A stretch of 63,620 nt of DNA, counting the filler, from Reticulomyxa filosa (taxonomy: Eukaryota > Protista > Foraminifera), in assembly GCA_000512085.1 (NCBI GenBank). It is 15 parts of 15 records of this genome, joined end to end, with 100 filler letters (N's around TTAATTAATTAA, not from the genome) between each part and the next. Parts side by side here need not be neighbours in the genome. Positions count along the whole stretch, not along the records: positions 49,478 to 53,133 come from ASPP01046824.1; positions 53,234 to 54,517 come from ASPP01044505.1; positions 54,618 to 55,983 come from ASPP01048557.1; positions 56,084 to 57,181 come from ASPP01045047.1; positions 57,282 to 58,400 come from ASPP01012254.1; positions 58,501 to 60,575 come from ASPP01000057.1; positions 60,676 to 62,267 come from ASPP01004119.1; positions 62,368 to 63,620 come from ASPP01028450.1; 7 more parts are not named here. One strand, given 5' to 3'. This document shows positions 50,676 through 63,620 of the stretch, piece after piece. The stretch's first letter is position 1. The number at the start of each line of letters is the position of its first letter. The notes beneath the pieces are model-generated. The model was not told where the DNA came from. It saw only the letters and a list, made by a program, of their open reading frames with translations, and searched no databases. The position numbers and the translations under genes were made by a program.

Positions 50676-51191
50676 ATGGCAGGAAACGCCAATATGTATG
50701 GTTTTTTAACATTGCTGGGCACAGATGGCAACACTATTAATAAATTGCGCTTGGACCAACAAGAATATATCTTTGGAAGAGACGAGGCACAGTGTGATTT
50801 TATAATAGTTAAAAAAAACGTATCGCGAATGCACGCAAAACTGTGGATAGACAAAAGCTCTCAAGTTTGGATATCGAATATTTCGACCCGAAATAAGTTG
50901 ATGAAGAATCATGACCTGCTCGAAATAGGGTGACAAGGCGATGGTGTCAAACAATGACTCGATAGTGATTGGGCGATCGCACATATTATTGTTGAGTTGC
51001 TCTCAATCCAAGCAACAGCAGTAATCGGTGGTAGACAAAAGCAGGCATTGCCAAACAGCAAAAGCGAAAGTGTATGGAACGATGGCACTGGCAATTACCA
51101 AAGCGGAAAAATCAAAAAATTCGGACTTGCAAAAAAAATTAATTCGCCAACCAAAGAACTTGCGATACCCCGTTGCCTGTCAAACTCATGA
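50676..51191 (+). CDS. FHA-domain protein (N-terminal FHA), interrupted by single-base insertions (errors or pseudogene)
   Basis: YIFGRDEAQCDFIIVKKNVSRMHAKL...ISNISTRN, with FHA GR/SxxH/N motifs. The frame is restored (LEIGDKAMVSNNDSIVIGDRT) by removing single G's near 50929 and 50972. Confidence 0.8.
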
Positions 51192-52841
51192 AAACAACAC
51201 CAGAAGAAAATAAAATAAAAAAAAGGGGGGGGGCTTCCTTTGTTATGTGTGATGATAATAATCCTCATCATCAGCATAGTGATATCACAATAAAAGCAAA
51301 TCGAAATCCAATTGCAACAATGATTACACTTACAGCAACGATGACAATGCTGACAATGACAAATATGAAAACGGTTGTCCAAGGATGCAAAGAAATGTTT
51401 CAACAATTGGCCGATTCTTTGCAAAAGGTTTTTTTTTTTTCATTTATACAATATACATTATATATGTATATAATGTAATGTATGTCTCTGTGAAGGTGTC
51501 ACCAAATAAAGTAGCGAAAATAATCGCCGAAAAAGTATTTTATGGGATGGCTCAATTAAAAAAGTCTTCTCATGACGATTGAGCCAAAACAAAAAAAGGA
51601 ACTTGTGACAAAAAAAAAAAAAAGTGCTAGTGGTACTGTGACAAAAGATTGATATTTCCATAAGAGATTCTAGTTTTTTAATTATTATTAGATCAATAGA
51701 TGATCACTATCTTTGCAATCCTCATCATACTGTGGGACGTCAGCTGGAAGAGGTTGTATTAAATGTAATACGAAAATGGTTTTGCTCAAGAAACCAATGT
51801 TCGATAAAACCAAAGTGAATTAAATAAAAGAAAGATGAATAACTCAACAAAAGAAGAAACAAAACAACAGAGTAAGTGAAGTTGGTTGCCCACTTGGGAC
51901 TCCCAGATTCCTTCAACGTTCATATAGTTATAGGGCCTTGCCCTACAATACATATCAATTATTATTTATGGCTACACTCATCTTTGTATCAAATTCAATT
52001 GTATTATCTTTGGGTAACAATTATTGAAATTTTTGAAGTAATTGCTCATATTTTTTTGTAATTACTCATGTGATCTTCCAATTTTTGCTCTTTTCTTTGG
52101 TAATGTTCCTTCATTTTATTAAGTTCTATTTCGTACAAACGTTGCTGGGGTGTGTCTCCGTGATTGATCGGAGTTGTAGTGACCATGATAGAAATAATAG
52201 TGGTAAGAATTGTTGATTGTTTTTATATTTAATTAAAGTTGATTGTTCTGACAAGAGACTCCTTTGTTGTTCTTGAAGATTTTTTTAAATCGAAAAATTA
52301 AATAAATTTGTATTGCAACTGTAGGGAGATTGAGGTCAGTTACTTTGCACCAAACAAGTATAATACCAAAGGAAATAGCTCTTTTGAGCTAATTTCAAAA
52401 TAAAACAATTTGATAAAAAGAAAACAAGTGAGTTAGAGTGTTGGTTTTGTAAAAGAGTTTAACTCACTGAAAGTTCCACAGTTCTCTTGGAACTCTGCTT
52501 AACACTGTAGGACTTCATCCTACATAATATTGGAATTTTTTAAAAAAAGGGCCGAGTCAGTTCAAAAAAAAAAAGGAGTTTTGAAGATATCTTTGAAACT
52601 TTAGTTTTGGCCACTTTTATTTGTTGAAACTTACCTTACTGAACATGAAGCTGACAATGACAATAAACTCAAACTTGACAACTTTGAAGGCTTTGAACTC
52701 TTTGACAAGTCGAGCTTGTTTGACTTTTGAAAGAAAACGGTTTGTAACAAAGAAAGATAATGTATCAACATTTGGTAATATTAATATTATAACGGAAAAG
52801 AAGAATTTAATAATGATAACAATGAAATGCATTATTTATTA

Positions 52842-53133
52842 GCAATAAATTCTGATGGTAACAGAATTGTATCTGGTTCAAGTGATAGCACCATTCGATT
52901 GTGGGATGCATCATCTGGAAAACAAATTCAATCTTTAGAAGGTCATTCATATGCTATTGCTTCTGTCCAATTTTCACCTGATGGTAACAAAATTGTATCT
53001 GGTTCAGATAATGAAACCATTCGTTTGCATGATTTGCAGAATAAAAAGTCTCTGTGGAAATGCATTTGGCAAAGTGGTGTTCAAAGAACTAGTTTGTCAT
53101 TGAAGGGCAGTACTTGGAAAGATGCAAAAGGTG
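52842..53133 (+). CDS. WD40-repeat protein fragment
   Basis: SDGNRIVSGSSDSTIRLWDASSGKQIQSLEGHSYAIASVQFSPDGNKIVSGS. Confidence 0.9.
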
Positions 53134-54372
53134 NNNNNNNNNNNNNNNNNNNNNNNNNNNNNNNNNNNNNNNNNNNNTTAATTAATTAANNNNNNNNNNN
53201 NNNNNNNNNNNNNNNNNNNNNNNNNNNNNNNNNGAAAAAAAAGTTGGTGTTTTTATCATTTCAAAATTTTGTTCAAGTTAATCTCAGCCTGCTCAAATAA
53301 AAAGGCTAGCGGATAAAAATAATTTCCAATTAAAAACAAAAATGGGAAAAGCAGAACCCAGCAATTTTCAACAAAAAAGAACAAGTGTTTCATAGCTGCT
53401 GGCATAGAAAAATGCTTTATACCTCATACCATCAAGTTTGTAATGCATATCGTGGAGATTGCGTCATTGTGTGGTCATGTAATGCAATGACGAGATATTG
53501 ACAAAGCCTTTGCATTTGTTCGTTATGTCAATGTCATTAAAATACCAAAATTATATATGGTGCACAACATACAATTTCTTGACTTTGTTTTTGTTTGAAA
53601 TTTGGAGAAATTGAAATAACTGTGCCGCCATTCCAATAAGAAAATAAGCAGTATTTTCTTTCTGTTGCATTCCACACGAAGAGTGCAAGAGCGTGATATT
53701 CAAATACAGAAATTGGTGCACCTACGCCACAAATCTTTGCAAATCTCTCAATACCTTTGTATAGTCATTATGGCAATCTCACGTTGTTTATTTGAGTTTG
53801 CGCTGAGTGCTATGATATATTATTTCAAAATTCAATGAAAAATTTGCCAAAAATCTCTTTTGGTCGTCTTTTCTTTGTCTGGTGATAAACTATAACACAC
53901 TGACAAAAGAAAAATGCTCAACCAATTGCTTGCTAAAAAGAAAAGAACTTTATTCCATTCAAGGAGCTGGTTTTCTCTTTACAAGCTTCCAATCCTGCTG
54001 TAAGTCTCGTTTCGAACCTCAGTTTAAAAAAAAAGGCGTAAACACGAACTCAATGAATAAAAAGTTATTCTTTTCAGCTAGAAGCACGACCTTGATAAAT
54101 AAAACTGTACTTCGATGCAAAATGCAACTTTTCTTTCCTCAAAGGCACGGTAAATCGCATTATTTCATTTATAATTTAAAATTAGGGGAAAAACATAACG
54201 CAACATTTCTCATAAATATTTTTCTTCAAATAGTCTATTGCTTACAGATATAAATTGAAATAAACTTTCAGGTGGAGCATCAATTCAAAAATAACAAAAT
54301 TATGTAAAATCCGGCTTGACAAAAGTTTTAGTTAAAAAAAACTCTAAAAATTTTAAACACCCCTACATCATA

Positions 54373-54517
54373 ATGTCACAGTCACAAGCGGAAAAAGTTA
54401 GAACATGGGCAAGAGAAGTGAAGAAAAGAAAAGTATTGCTGATGCTCGAAGAGCAAAACAAGACAAAAAAAGAAACTGAAAGGATTCTAGTAAATGAAAC
54501 CTCAAGACCAAAAGAAA
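54373..54517 (+). CDS. N-terminus of a hypothetical protein
   Basis: MSQSQAEKVRTWAREVKKRK..., open to the contig end. Confidence 0.35.
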
Positions 54518-57419
54518 NNNNNNNNNNNNNNNNNNNNNNNNNNNNNNNNNNNNNNNNNNNNTTAATTAATTAANNNNNNNNNNNNNNNNNNNNNNNNNNN
54601 NNNNNNNNNNNNNNNNNTTTTTTTCTTCTCTTAATATACTCTTTCTTCCTTTTTCTTTCATTACAAACCTACAATTAAATGATCTACGTTCACATTATTT
54701 TAGTCAAAACATTTCACAACAACTGAAAATATGATAAAAAAATAATATATACCTTCAAATGAAGCTGCTGTCCTTCGTGCTTGGTTGATGTTTGTTCTTT
54801 TGCGTGCCTTTCTTGATTGTTCTGGCGTTGATTATATGCATTTTCTGTTTTAAATTCGAGTAAAGGCAGGATTTCATGCCACGAGGGAATTCTCCACAAA
54901 ATATGCATTTGTTCATCACAGCTCTGATACATTTCCCTTTCCTGGATTGCATGTATTATATTGATGGATTTGTGAACTCACACAAACAATCCACCTTTGA
55001 GTTTTGAACGATACAACTGCGCTGCATTCTGTCCATGAATTGGTTCATATTGTCTTTGTTATTTTTGATGATGACTCGTGACACTGGTCATATTTTGAGA
55101 TTGGAAATATATTGAAATTGCTTATCGGATGCCAATTGGTCAACTTGTGGGAGTCGATTCCAAGATTGCTGAACATAATCACGTGTTAATAAGTTGACTG
55201 GATATGTCCGATATTTGACTACTCAGCAACACAATTGGAAAGGATGCAACTCGAGAAGTTTTATTATCAAAGGAGCTCATGTGAGTCACAAATAGTGCAA
55301 ATACCATCTGTCACTGATGATAAAATATTCAATAATTCCAATTCACGATTCAGACCTTGATTATTCATCCAAGACATAGTCAGCAATGTATACGTGTTAA
55401 ATGCCAATTCTGCTTTGGACAAATTGTTACTATCTTCACGGCTCACTTGAATAATTTTTTTTATTTATTGTTTCAGTCGATATCCACAGGACTAACGCAT
55501 CAACTAGGATAAGAAAGGTATTCACTCTGGTAAATACTTGTTCCGAACATACTTCAATTGATTGACCTTTTTTCTCCATTTGATTGCGAGATTGACCATA
55601 TGGAACTTGACTTTGTATCATTTCAATATTGCATCTCGGAGGTAAGGTTCAATTTATAAGCATCTAAATGTCGATGTGTAGCATTTCATCGACTTGAAAG
55701 TAAAAGTATTAACATTATAATACTTGTTTGACCTTGCACAGCCTGTTTAGAGTAGATAGCACGAAATTCCTAGATAATCGATGGCCAATTTGAGGGTTTA
55801 TGTCTGCACGCTATAAACACATTTGCGGACGTAATGGAATTGAAGACTACTTTGGATAACAATGGTGATGGCAATGATGGAATGGATATTGCACCAATCA
55901 TGTCCAAAGGAAATGGAACAGGATCGAATTGCAAATGTGCCAATGGAAATTAGCGATCCATTGGATGTCGACTCTTGAGATTGNNNNNNNNNNNNNNNNN
56001 NNNNNNNNNNNNNNNNNNNNNNNNNNNTTAATTAATTAANNNNNNNNNNNNNNNNNNNNNNNNNNNNNNNNNNNNNNNNNNNNGATTGAATGATGAGCTG
56101 GTTGTTATCATGAATGCGCAACCTTATTCCAAGTTATAATGTTTTTTTGTAATGTGATTGAAATATGTATGACAATATGCATGTATAAAACATAGGTCTC
56201 CAAAGCATACAATGTCTCTGTCTATTAAGAAATGGAAAGTCTCTGTGGTTGCGGTGTCAAGCAAGAGTAAAGCGAAGTGCAAACAACGCCAAACTGTGGC
56301 ATATTTGATTGGAAAAAGTTGTTTTTTGGTGTGAATTGTACTTTCTTTTGCTTTTTCTTTTAATGACAATTTTAGTGTCCCACCTCCAGCTCACTTGAAA
56401 TCTTTTATCAAATTCTCAAGAAATTTCTGAACTTTAATTTTTTAAATCTAAAAGAAAGCGCGTTAGACGTGTGCGAAATAGGAATTGATTCTTGCAACTA
56501 GGAGTAGATGAAAAGAAGAATACGTATAACAGAAAGAAACAAGAAGATGATAAAGACAATGGCGAGAAAAAAAAAAGAACTTGCATTGCAAGAGTTTTTG
56601 TATCACAAGTAATGTAAGAGAACACGTGTTTTCCTCCATGTTCAACTTTTTTAAATTTTTTCAAAGGCTTCACTGTGATGACAGTTGTTCAAGTTAGTCT
56701 GAAATAATAATAAAAGTATTTTAGAAAACAATTAGAAGGGTTGATAAAATAATGAAGGAAAAACATTGGAAGATTTAAGCCCTTTACATTATTTTTGTGT
56801 GTTGTAGCCCAGGTATTTGTGGTGGCATGGGCTTATGTGCACTATGTACATATTTTTTTTCGTCACTATTTTTTTTTTTTTTAATTCATGAAATTTGAGA
56901 CCTCCAAATGCAAGTTTCACCAATATGTTTGAGGGTGTTACCACAAGCCCGATAACTTCAACAATAGTGGATGTATACGTTAGTTTCAACTTTCTATCAT
57001 TCTCTCAAGAAAGTGGCTTGTTTTTCAGGTTCAAGAATTGCTTGACCTCATATATACGCTTTTATCTTTGTTACAGCACACCTGCAAACAATGGAATCCC
57101 GATTTGTCAAGTGCGAATGGTTGCTATACATTGTCTACTGTTCCGCGCCGTATACATCGTGATGAATGACAATGTTATTATNNNNNNNNNNNNNNNNNNN
57201 NNNNNNNNNNNNNNNNNNNNNNNNNTTAATTAATTAANNNNNNNNNNNNNNNNNNNNNNNNNNNNNNNNNNNNNNNNNNNNCGATCAACCTTTTTTTTTT
57301 TTCGCTCCACCCCTGTTTTTTCTTTCCCCCCTTTGCAAAAATGACAAGCAATTTCAAAACTAATATTAAAAAAAAAAAAAAAAAACATATGGAAATTGGA
57401 GCGTGTCAAATACAAACGT

Positions 57420-58310
57420 TACCAAAGTCGTTCCTTCTTTCATTTGGGATAAGACATCAGCACTTTGGCCGGCTTTTTCTTCAGTAGGCGTGTTCTTCTC
57501 CTCTGCACTTGGACTCTGGGAATCTTTTTTATCTTTCCCAAATGCAGTTTCAGGCAAATGTAGTGTGACCTCACCATTTTCATTTTCGTCTTCGCGCATT
57601 AAATCTTCTTGTGTCCACATATTATTCATAACCATGGACATTGACGGAGTAGTCAATCCGGACGCGCGATGTTCATCATTGCCCATCAAATCTTGCAAAT
57701 ATTTGATTATTTCGGGGTCATACTGGCCAGTTTCTTCGTCGTCTTCTTTGCGCAGCTCACTCAATTCAAACGTCATGGGTTTGTTATCTTTGGGTGTGCT
57801 ATCGACCAATTTTGACAAAGTCGCTTTACGTGTTTCCGACATTGCTTGAAGTGTTGACTGTGCTCGTGCAAAAAAAAAAAAAAAAGTGTATCCAAACCAG
57901 AGATTACGTATACAAATGAAATGAAATTAATCAAAAAAAAGACAAAACAAGGAAGGGAGGGGGGGAGGGAGGAAAAAAAAAAAAGATAACATAACATCTT
58001 CATTTGGGGTAACATTGGACACGGCCGCAGTGACCATAAGTTTGGCAAGTTCTTTGAACATTTCAGTTTTTTCGATATCCAAGTCCCCTTCATTCCACAT
58101 TCCAATCTCGTTCATCTTGAATACTCCTTTGCTGCGACTGTTTCGTCTGCTGTCGTTGTCATCCGTTTTTTCGGTAGCTTTTTGCTTGTGTTTGCGCTTG
58201 ACATATTGGTTCACATGTTCAACATCGTCATCACTCGAATAACTGCTTCCAGACGAACCACTTTCACTCTCTTCACTTCCACTTTCTTCTGCAGACTGGT
58301 TATCTCATTC
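57420..58310 (-). CDS. Acidic low-complexity protein fragment, possibly leading into a PH domain
   Basis: Exons 57927-58214 and 57366-57842. The exon ends ...VLSQMKEGTTL before a GTAACG donor, reminiscent of a PH-domain start. Confidence 0.5.
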
Positions 58311-58369
58311 CCCAACATCAACAGCAAAAAAATTCAAATAATTCAAGTTGGTTGATGTTTCTTCAAATG

Positions 58370-58400
<31 letters not shown>

Positions 58401-58500
58401 NNNNNNNNNNNNNNNNNNNNNNNNNNNNNNNNNNNNNNNNNNNNTTAATTAATTAANNNNNNNNNNNNNNNNNNNNNNNNNNNNNNNNNNNNNNNNNNNN

Positions 58501-58790
58501 AATTGACAATTATCAAATGTTGAATAATCAATACTCCACACAATGTCTGTATGTCCAGTGAATGTATTGAGTAATTTGGATGATGAACGAAATGTGTCAA
58601 ACATGAAGACAGTAGATGCCTATGTTAAATAATATTGGAATGTTTTGATTTGTATTTAAGAAGAAAAAAAAAATTAACATAATTGACAACAAATTTGTCA
58701 AAGTCTTTGGTCCATCCTAATTTAATGTTTGATATTCGAATCCAATGATGAATAATGATTTGGATCTCTTCTTCTTCTTTTGACTATTTC
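58501..58790 (-). CDS. N-terminal exons of an expanded WD40 family protein
   Basis: SKEEEEIQIIIHHWIRISNIKLGWTKDFDKFVVNY|ASTVFMFDTFRSSSKLLNTFTGHTDIVWSIDYSTFD. Confidence 0.8.
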
Positions 58791-59339
58791 AATTACATGT
58801 AATAACGATAAATAAAAGAAATAATAAAAACGTAAAGAACTTAGACTTAACTTTCATTGATAAATGTAAGTTCATTCTTGAGCTTTTTTTAGTTTTTTCT
58901 TGAGAGGTTTTTTGATGATGAAAGATGCAAAAAATGATTGAACTTTTTATAATGCAGAAGGTTACTTATTTTTGAATTTTGTAAGCAGAAATACTTTTTA
59001 GAATAAATTGTAAGATATTTGTGAATGAAATAAATAAGTGTTCATATTTATAATTATTCCTTTAAAGTTAAAAATAATAGAAAAGATCCTATCAAAATAA
59101 TTTCTAATTGCGTATTAAACTCAATTTTAAACAATTACAGATATTAATTCTATTTTTTTTCAAATTTTTGATTTAGCAAATCAAACAAAAATTATTATCC
59201 AATTGCTCATGAAAGGATATAGTATTTTTGTGATCAAAGTAATTAATTGAATTATTGAAACTTAGAAACATGAATAACTTAACTTAAAATAAAAAATAAC
59301 AAAAGTCTCAAATGGATCATTTGGATCCTTAATTAGATG

Positions 59340-59540
59340 TTCATAAATTGTCAAACATGAAGACAGTAGACATCTATGTTAAATAAATTTTGAATATTTT
59401 TATTGACACAAATGAAAAAGAAATAAAACTAACATAATTGACAATAATTTTATCAAAATCTTTGATCCATCCAAATTTGATGTGTAGCGTTCTAATCCAA
59501 TGTTGAATAATTATTTGAATCTCTTCTTCTTTTGACTATT
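59340..59540 (-). pseudogene. Truncated duplicate of the same WD40-family N-terminal exons
   Basis: SKEEEIQIIIQHWIRTLHIKFGWIKDFDKIIVNY|MSTVFMFDNL* with the same intron position as 58501-58790. Confidence 0.75.
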
Positions 59541-60250
59541 TTAATCATAAAGCAAAATGTTACAAATAATAATAAAAACCTAAAAAAAAGAACTTAAACG
59601 AAACTTTCATTATTAAGCTAAAGTATATTTTGTAAAATATTAAAAAAACAAAAATTTTTTTTAGTTTACTCAAATTATGGAAATGGATAATTTGAACGCA
59701 CATAATGTATGAATTACTATTTTTTTGAAAATTCATTTCATCAATCGTTTACTAATTATTTCCAGATTGAATCATTGCATTTAGAGTCATTCTTTGTTCA
59801 ATATTTTTCATTGATTTTTTTAATTTTTTATGACAAAGAGTCTTCAAAATTATTTTTTTTTTCCAAATATACAATTAGTCCATAAATCCATTCAAGAAAA
59901 GGTATTAATGATTTTGTCGCAATTTGATGAACAACAAAGAAAATAAAATGAATAATTTTCCATTGTTCATCCAATCTCTCAAAAGTACAATGTATTATTT
60001 GTTAATTCGCACTGCCCTTTGTAACCTGATTGCTAAACGGACTTCTAAGGATTACACAATACCTTCAAAATATCTCAAGTTATTTTAATTTAAAGTTGGA
60101 TGTTATAAAATTTGGTTTTCTGTTTTATTGAACAATTTGTTTCTTGAAACAATTTCTTTAGTTTAGAAAATTTTTAATAGTTTCATTAATCTCACAAAAA
60201 TTGCCTCTTACAATAAATAAAAAATATTTGTTGACAAAAGCAAATTTTGT

Positions 60251-60575
60251 TCACATTAACGTCCATATACGAATTGTATTATCCCTAGAAGATGACACAA
60301 TAATATTACCATCTGGAGAAACATCCACTCCTGCTGTATCATCACTATGTCCTTGCAATTGTTGTATTTCCATTCCTGCTTTCAAATCCCATAATCGAAT
60401 TACTTTGCTAAAATGACATACGATAGTTTGTTCATCAAGAAATTGAATATTGTTTATACCCCTGCAATGCAAATAAAATTGTTTTAATTGCATTCCTGAT
60501 GTTACATCCCATAATCGAATTGTTTCATCGCTTGAACTAGACACAATGAATAAACCACTTCGAGAAAACTGTGCT
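60251..60575 (-). CDS. WD40-repeat protein, C-terminal fragment
   Basis: SSSSDETIRLWDVTSG...LQGHSDDTAGVDVSPDGNIIVSSSRDNTIRIW. Confidence 0.9.
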
Positions 60576-60732
60576 NNNNNNNNNNNNNNNNNNNNNNNNN
60601 NNNNNNNNNNNNNNNNNNNTTAATTAATTAANNNNNNNNNNNNNNNNNNNNNNNNNNNNNNNNNNNNNNNNNNNNTTTTTTTTTTTTCTTTCTACTCAAA
60701 CTCAAACAAATAAACAAATTAAAAAAAAAAAA

Positions 60733-62240
60733 GGATATTGTGCCATCTTTATTGGATCATTTTTTGGATCTAAAACCGGTAAAACTAGCGAATTTGCAAT
60801 CAATGCATTCTTCAAGCTGACATTACGATATTGCAGACTTTGTGTCGATTTAGTTTCGTCGTCTTGTGTTGTTGTTGCACTTTTGCAATTGTGTCTTTAT
60901 CTCTTGCATTTTTAAAAACAATGACATCACTTTTTTTTTTTTTTTTTTGTGCTATTGTTATTGTTTCCACAATGCCTTTGCACACAAAAACAATATGACA
61001 GGATATAATTTGCTTTCAAATGTTGGAAAAATTGTTTGGGTTTTTTCCAAAAGATCGTAAAACAGCCGACCTTTTTTACAAAATTGTGGGCTGCCAGAAA
61101 CCGATTCCAAATGGAATCCTGAGCTGTACGGCATTGGTGAAATGATCATGTTTTGTACAGATACATATACTATATATATACATATATATGTATATATATA
61201 GTATATGTATTTATTTAATGCTAAACAAATCACGCCCACAAATTGTATAATTTCTATTTATTTTTTTTTTTGGTTGTCCTTTTCAAACCGCAAACACACA
61301 GAATTAAGAAAATTCAACAACTCAGAAATGAGTTGAAACAAGTGCGTGAATCAAAAGAGAAAGACACGTCCAACACAACCATTCCACTGGATGACACTTC
61401 ATTCAAACAATTAATACCGCCCCCTTTCGACCCACCTCCACTACCGCCAACGACAGCACCACCAACAGTGCCACCGACACATCAGGACAAAGAAGAGGGC
61501 AAATACGAGGCCAACCACACGTCTGCAGCGGACAATACCAAGGATAATGAGAAGGACAAAGACAACGACAATGGCAACAGGTCAAAGATTGTGTCCGAGC
61601 TCGAATCAGAGTTGCAAGACACATTGTCAAAACTGCAAATATTGTGGGAGTTTGAAAGTGAAACATCGTATTTGGAAGAGTTTACCTTTGCTGGCGAACC
61701 GACAGCTTGCCAACACATCTCTTGGTTTCGACTACATAATATCAACTATTTCGGCCACATTGGAGGATTTGATCGACTGTTGGCCCGCATTGAACATGCG
61801 TCATGCCCAATCAGCCTAAACGAACTCGTCAACATTTTACGGCCCGTAGCGCAAGTTTTGCATATGGCATTACCCTACATATACATACATACATACATAC
61901 ATATACATATATATTTATATAAATATATACGACAGTAGAGTAGGTCTATATGCATATGTGCATGTTGCATTTTCAGTTGTTTATTCAGGGAGAGAGAGGG
62001 AGAGAGGGAGTAAAAACACAACGGGGTGTATGCCTTCGATTCCAACATTTTGTCAGCAAATACTGTTTGTTCAAAGCTTCGCGAATACTTCAACGACAAC
62101 TTTTTGGATGATTACGTCCCACGATTGACTGCATCCTTAATCCTTTATTTCACTGAACTTCCTGACAACGTTGTCAAGCATTTGAATCGGAATTCTGTGG
62201 ATAAAGTTGTTCGCAATTTTCATTATCTCATGACCAATGT
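60733..62240 (+). CDS. USP9X/USP24-like deubiquitinase N-terminal region (partial, multi-exon)
   Basis: WFRLHNINYFGHIGGFDRLLARIE...LVNILRPVAQ resembles the 'IN.FG..GGF..L..R...I..LI.P' segment of USP9/24-type enzymes; no catalytic domain in the window. Confidence 0.5.
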
Positions 62241-62367
62241 TAATTCAATATTCTTTTTTTTTTTTTTNNNNNNNNNNNNNNNNNNNNNNNNNNNNNNNNN
62301 NNNNNNNNNNNTTAATTAATTAANNNNNNNNNNNNNNNNNNNNNNNNNNNNNNNNNNNNNNNNNNNN

Positions 62368-62544
62368 AATACAATTCGTTTTTGGGATATTCGATCAAAT
62401 AATAATGAATTATATGTGATTGATGGAGATAATCCATTTTATGGTATATCATGTATTAAATTTATTAAATTGAAAAAAAAAGATATATATGATTGGAATT
62501 TGTGTTATGGTGCAACTAATGGTCCAATTTATATATATGAATAA
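62368..62544 (+). CDS. WD40 family C-terminal exon
   Basis: NTIRFWDIRSNNNELYVIDGD...ISCIKFIKL...LCYGATNGPIYIYE*. Confidence 0.8.
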   Translation, partial: NTIRFWDIRSNNNELYVIDGDNPFYGISCIKFIKLKKKDIYDWNLCYGATNGPIYIYE

Positions 62545-63373
62545 TTTTTTTTTTTCATTTTTTTTTTTACAAAAATATTTTTTTTTTAAAAAAAACATAT
62601 TTTAATTGTAATTATTTCATCAGTCTGTTTTGTTGTTTGTTGTGTTTGCTGTCTTATTTTCATGTGTGTAAACGTGTGATTCAACTAAATAGTTCACAAT
62701 ATTATTACCAAGTATTGTGTTTGTGTATCATTTAACATTCTTTGTTCAGAGACTGATTTTACCTTTTTTTCTGTTGTGTGGTTCATCCATCCACAAAGTC
62801 CAATTCTTTTACAATCCAAGTTACACTTGTTTTTACTTTCATCGTTAATTGCATCAAAAGTAAAGGTGGTCATTTTCAACACTATTTTTTTTTCCAACGA
62901 AAAATGAGTAATCACATTTACTTATTTGAAAAAGTTTTTCCCATCGCTTTTAAGTTTGAAGTCACCTGGGAGGATCAATACTTGTGATTGGTCAATAGTT
63001 TGCCTATTAATCATCAAACTATTGCGAAATTCTCTTTCAAACTAAGTACACAATCAAAAACAAACTTTGTTTTTAGAATTTGTAGAGTTTGCTGTAATAT
63101 TACCGAAAGAAAAATTAAAAAATATTGTTGTTCGATTTAATCGAACAAATAAATAGGTAATTTTAGAAAAAATAGCAAAGAAAAGAAAATTAAAATCGGA
63201 TAAAATTTATTTTTATGATGCGATCAACGGAAAGAACAAAGAATATTTTGTGATTGTTATGGTGTTATGATTCGGCAAATGCCCTATTCGTTATTTAGAG
63301 ATAATATTTTTTTCCCATTACAAAACATGTTGTGTCTAAGAACACGTGTTAACAAAACAACAAAAAGTCATAT

Positions 63374-63620
63374 CTAGCTATGATAAAGTGAAATCATTGA
63401 GTGTTGAAATGGAGTCAATTTTATTTTAAAAAAAGGTTCATTACTTTCAAATCTCATTTTTACAGCCTCATCGGATTCAATAGTATTATCGTTAATGTCA
63501 ACCAATTCAAGTCTTACATTTTCATTTCTCATTTTTTGGAGATGCTTCCATTCAAACAATTGTAGCTTTGACGAAGAAGTTCTTCAAATGTCAATTCATT
63601 CATTTGTATCAATTTCTCTC
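63374..63620 (-). pseudogene. PB1-like domain fragment (frameshifted)
   Basis: ELTFEELLRQSY.../EWKHLQKMRNENVRLELVDINDNTIESDEAVKMRFE, with an acidic OPCA-like pattern. Confidence 0.35.

Overview
AT-rich eukaryotic DNA, not prokaryotic. The window is a concatenation of 15 contigs joined by 14 artificial 100-bp spacers (N-run + TTAATTAATTAA + N-run), so adjacency across spacers means nothing. The short GT-AG introns, the gene families (expanded WD40 family with an 'EEEIQIII.HW.R...IKLGW..DFDK...NY' N-terminus, degenerate CAP-Gly-like repeats) and frequent homopolymer frameshifts suggest a pyrosequencing-era draft of a rhizarian/foraminiferan such as Reticulomyxa (inference, no database check). 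Recognisable genes: RPS15A (uS8), SmD3, ALIX/Bro1, an RCC1-repeat + coiled-coil protein, several WD40 proteins, a tropomodulin-like LRR protein, C2H2 and TTF-like zinc-finger proteins, an FHA protein, a USP9/24-like fragment, and decayed LINE ORF1 fragments. The most unusual element is a ~2.3-kb array at 44201-46540 of about 19 units with a ~126-bp period. Each unit is a variable GC-richer segment, then a CGGG-N7-CCCG inverted repeat, an A-tract, and a ~55-75-nt GT...AG intron-like segment. Splice signals are almost all kept, but there is no consistent reading frame. Also notable are a candidate type-I hammerhead ribozyme at ~7956-8005 and a four-hairpin cluster at 52373-52524.
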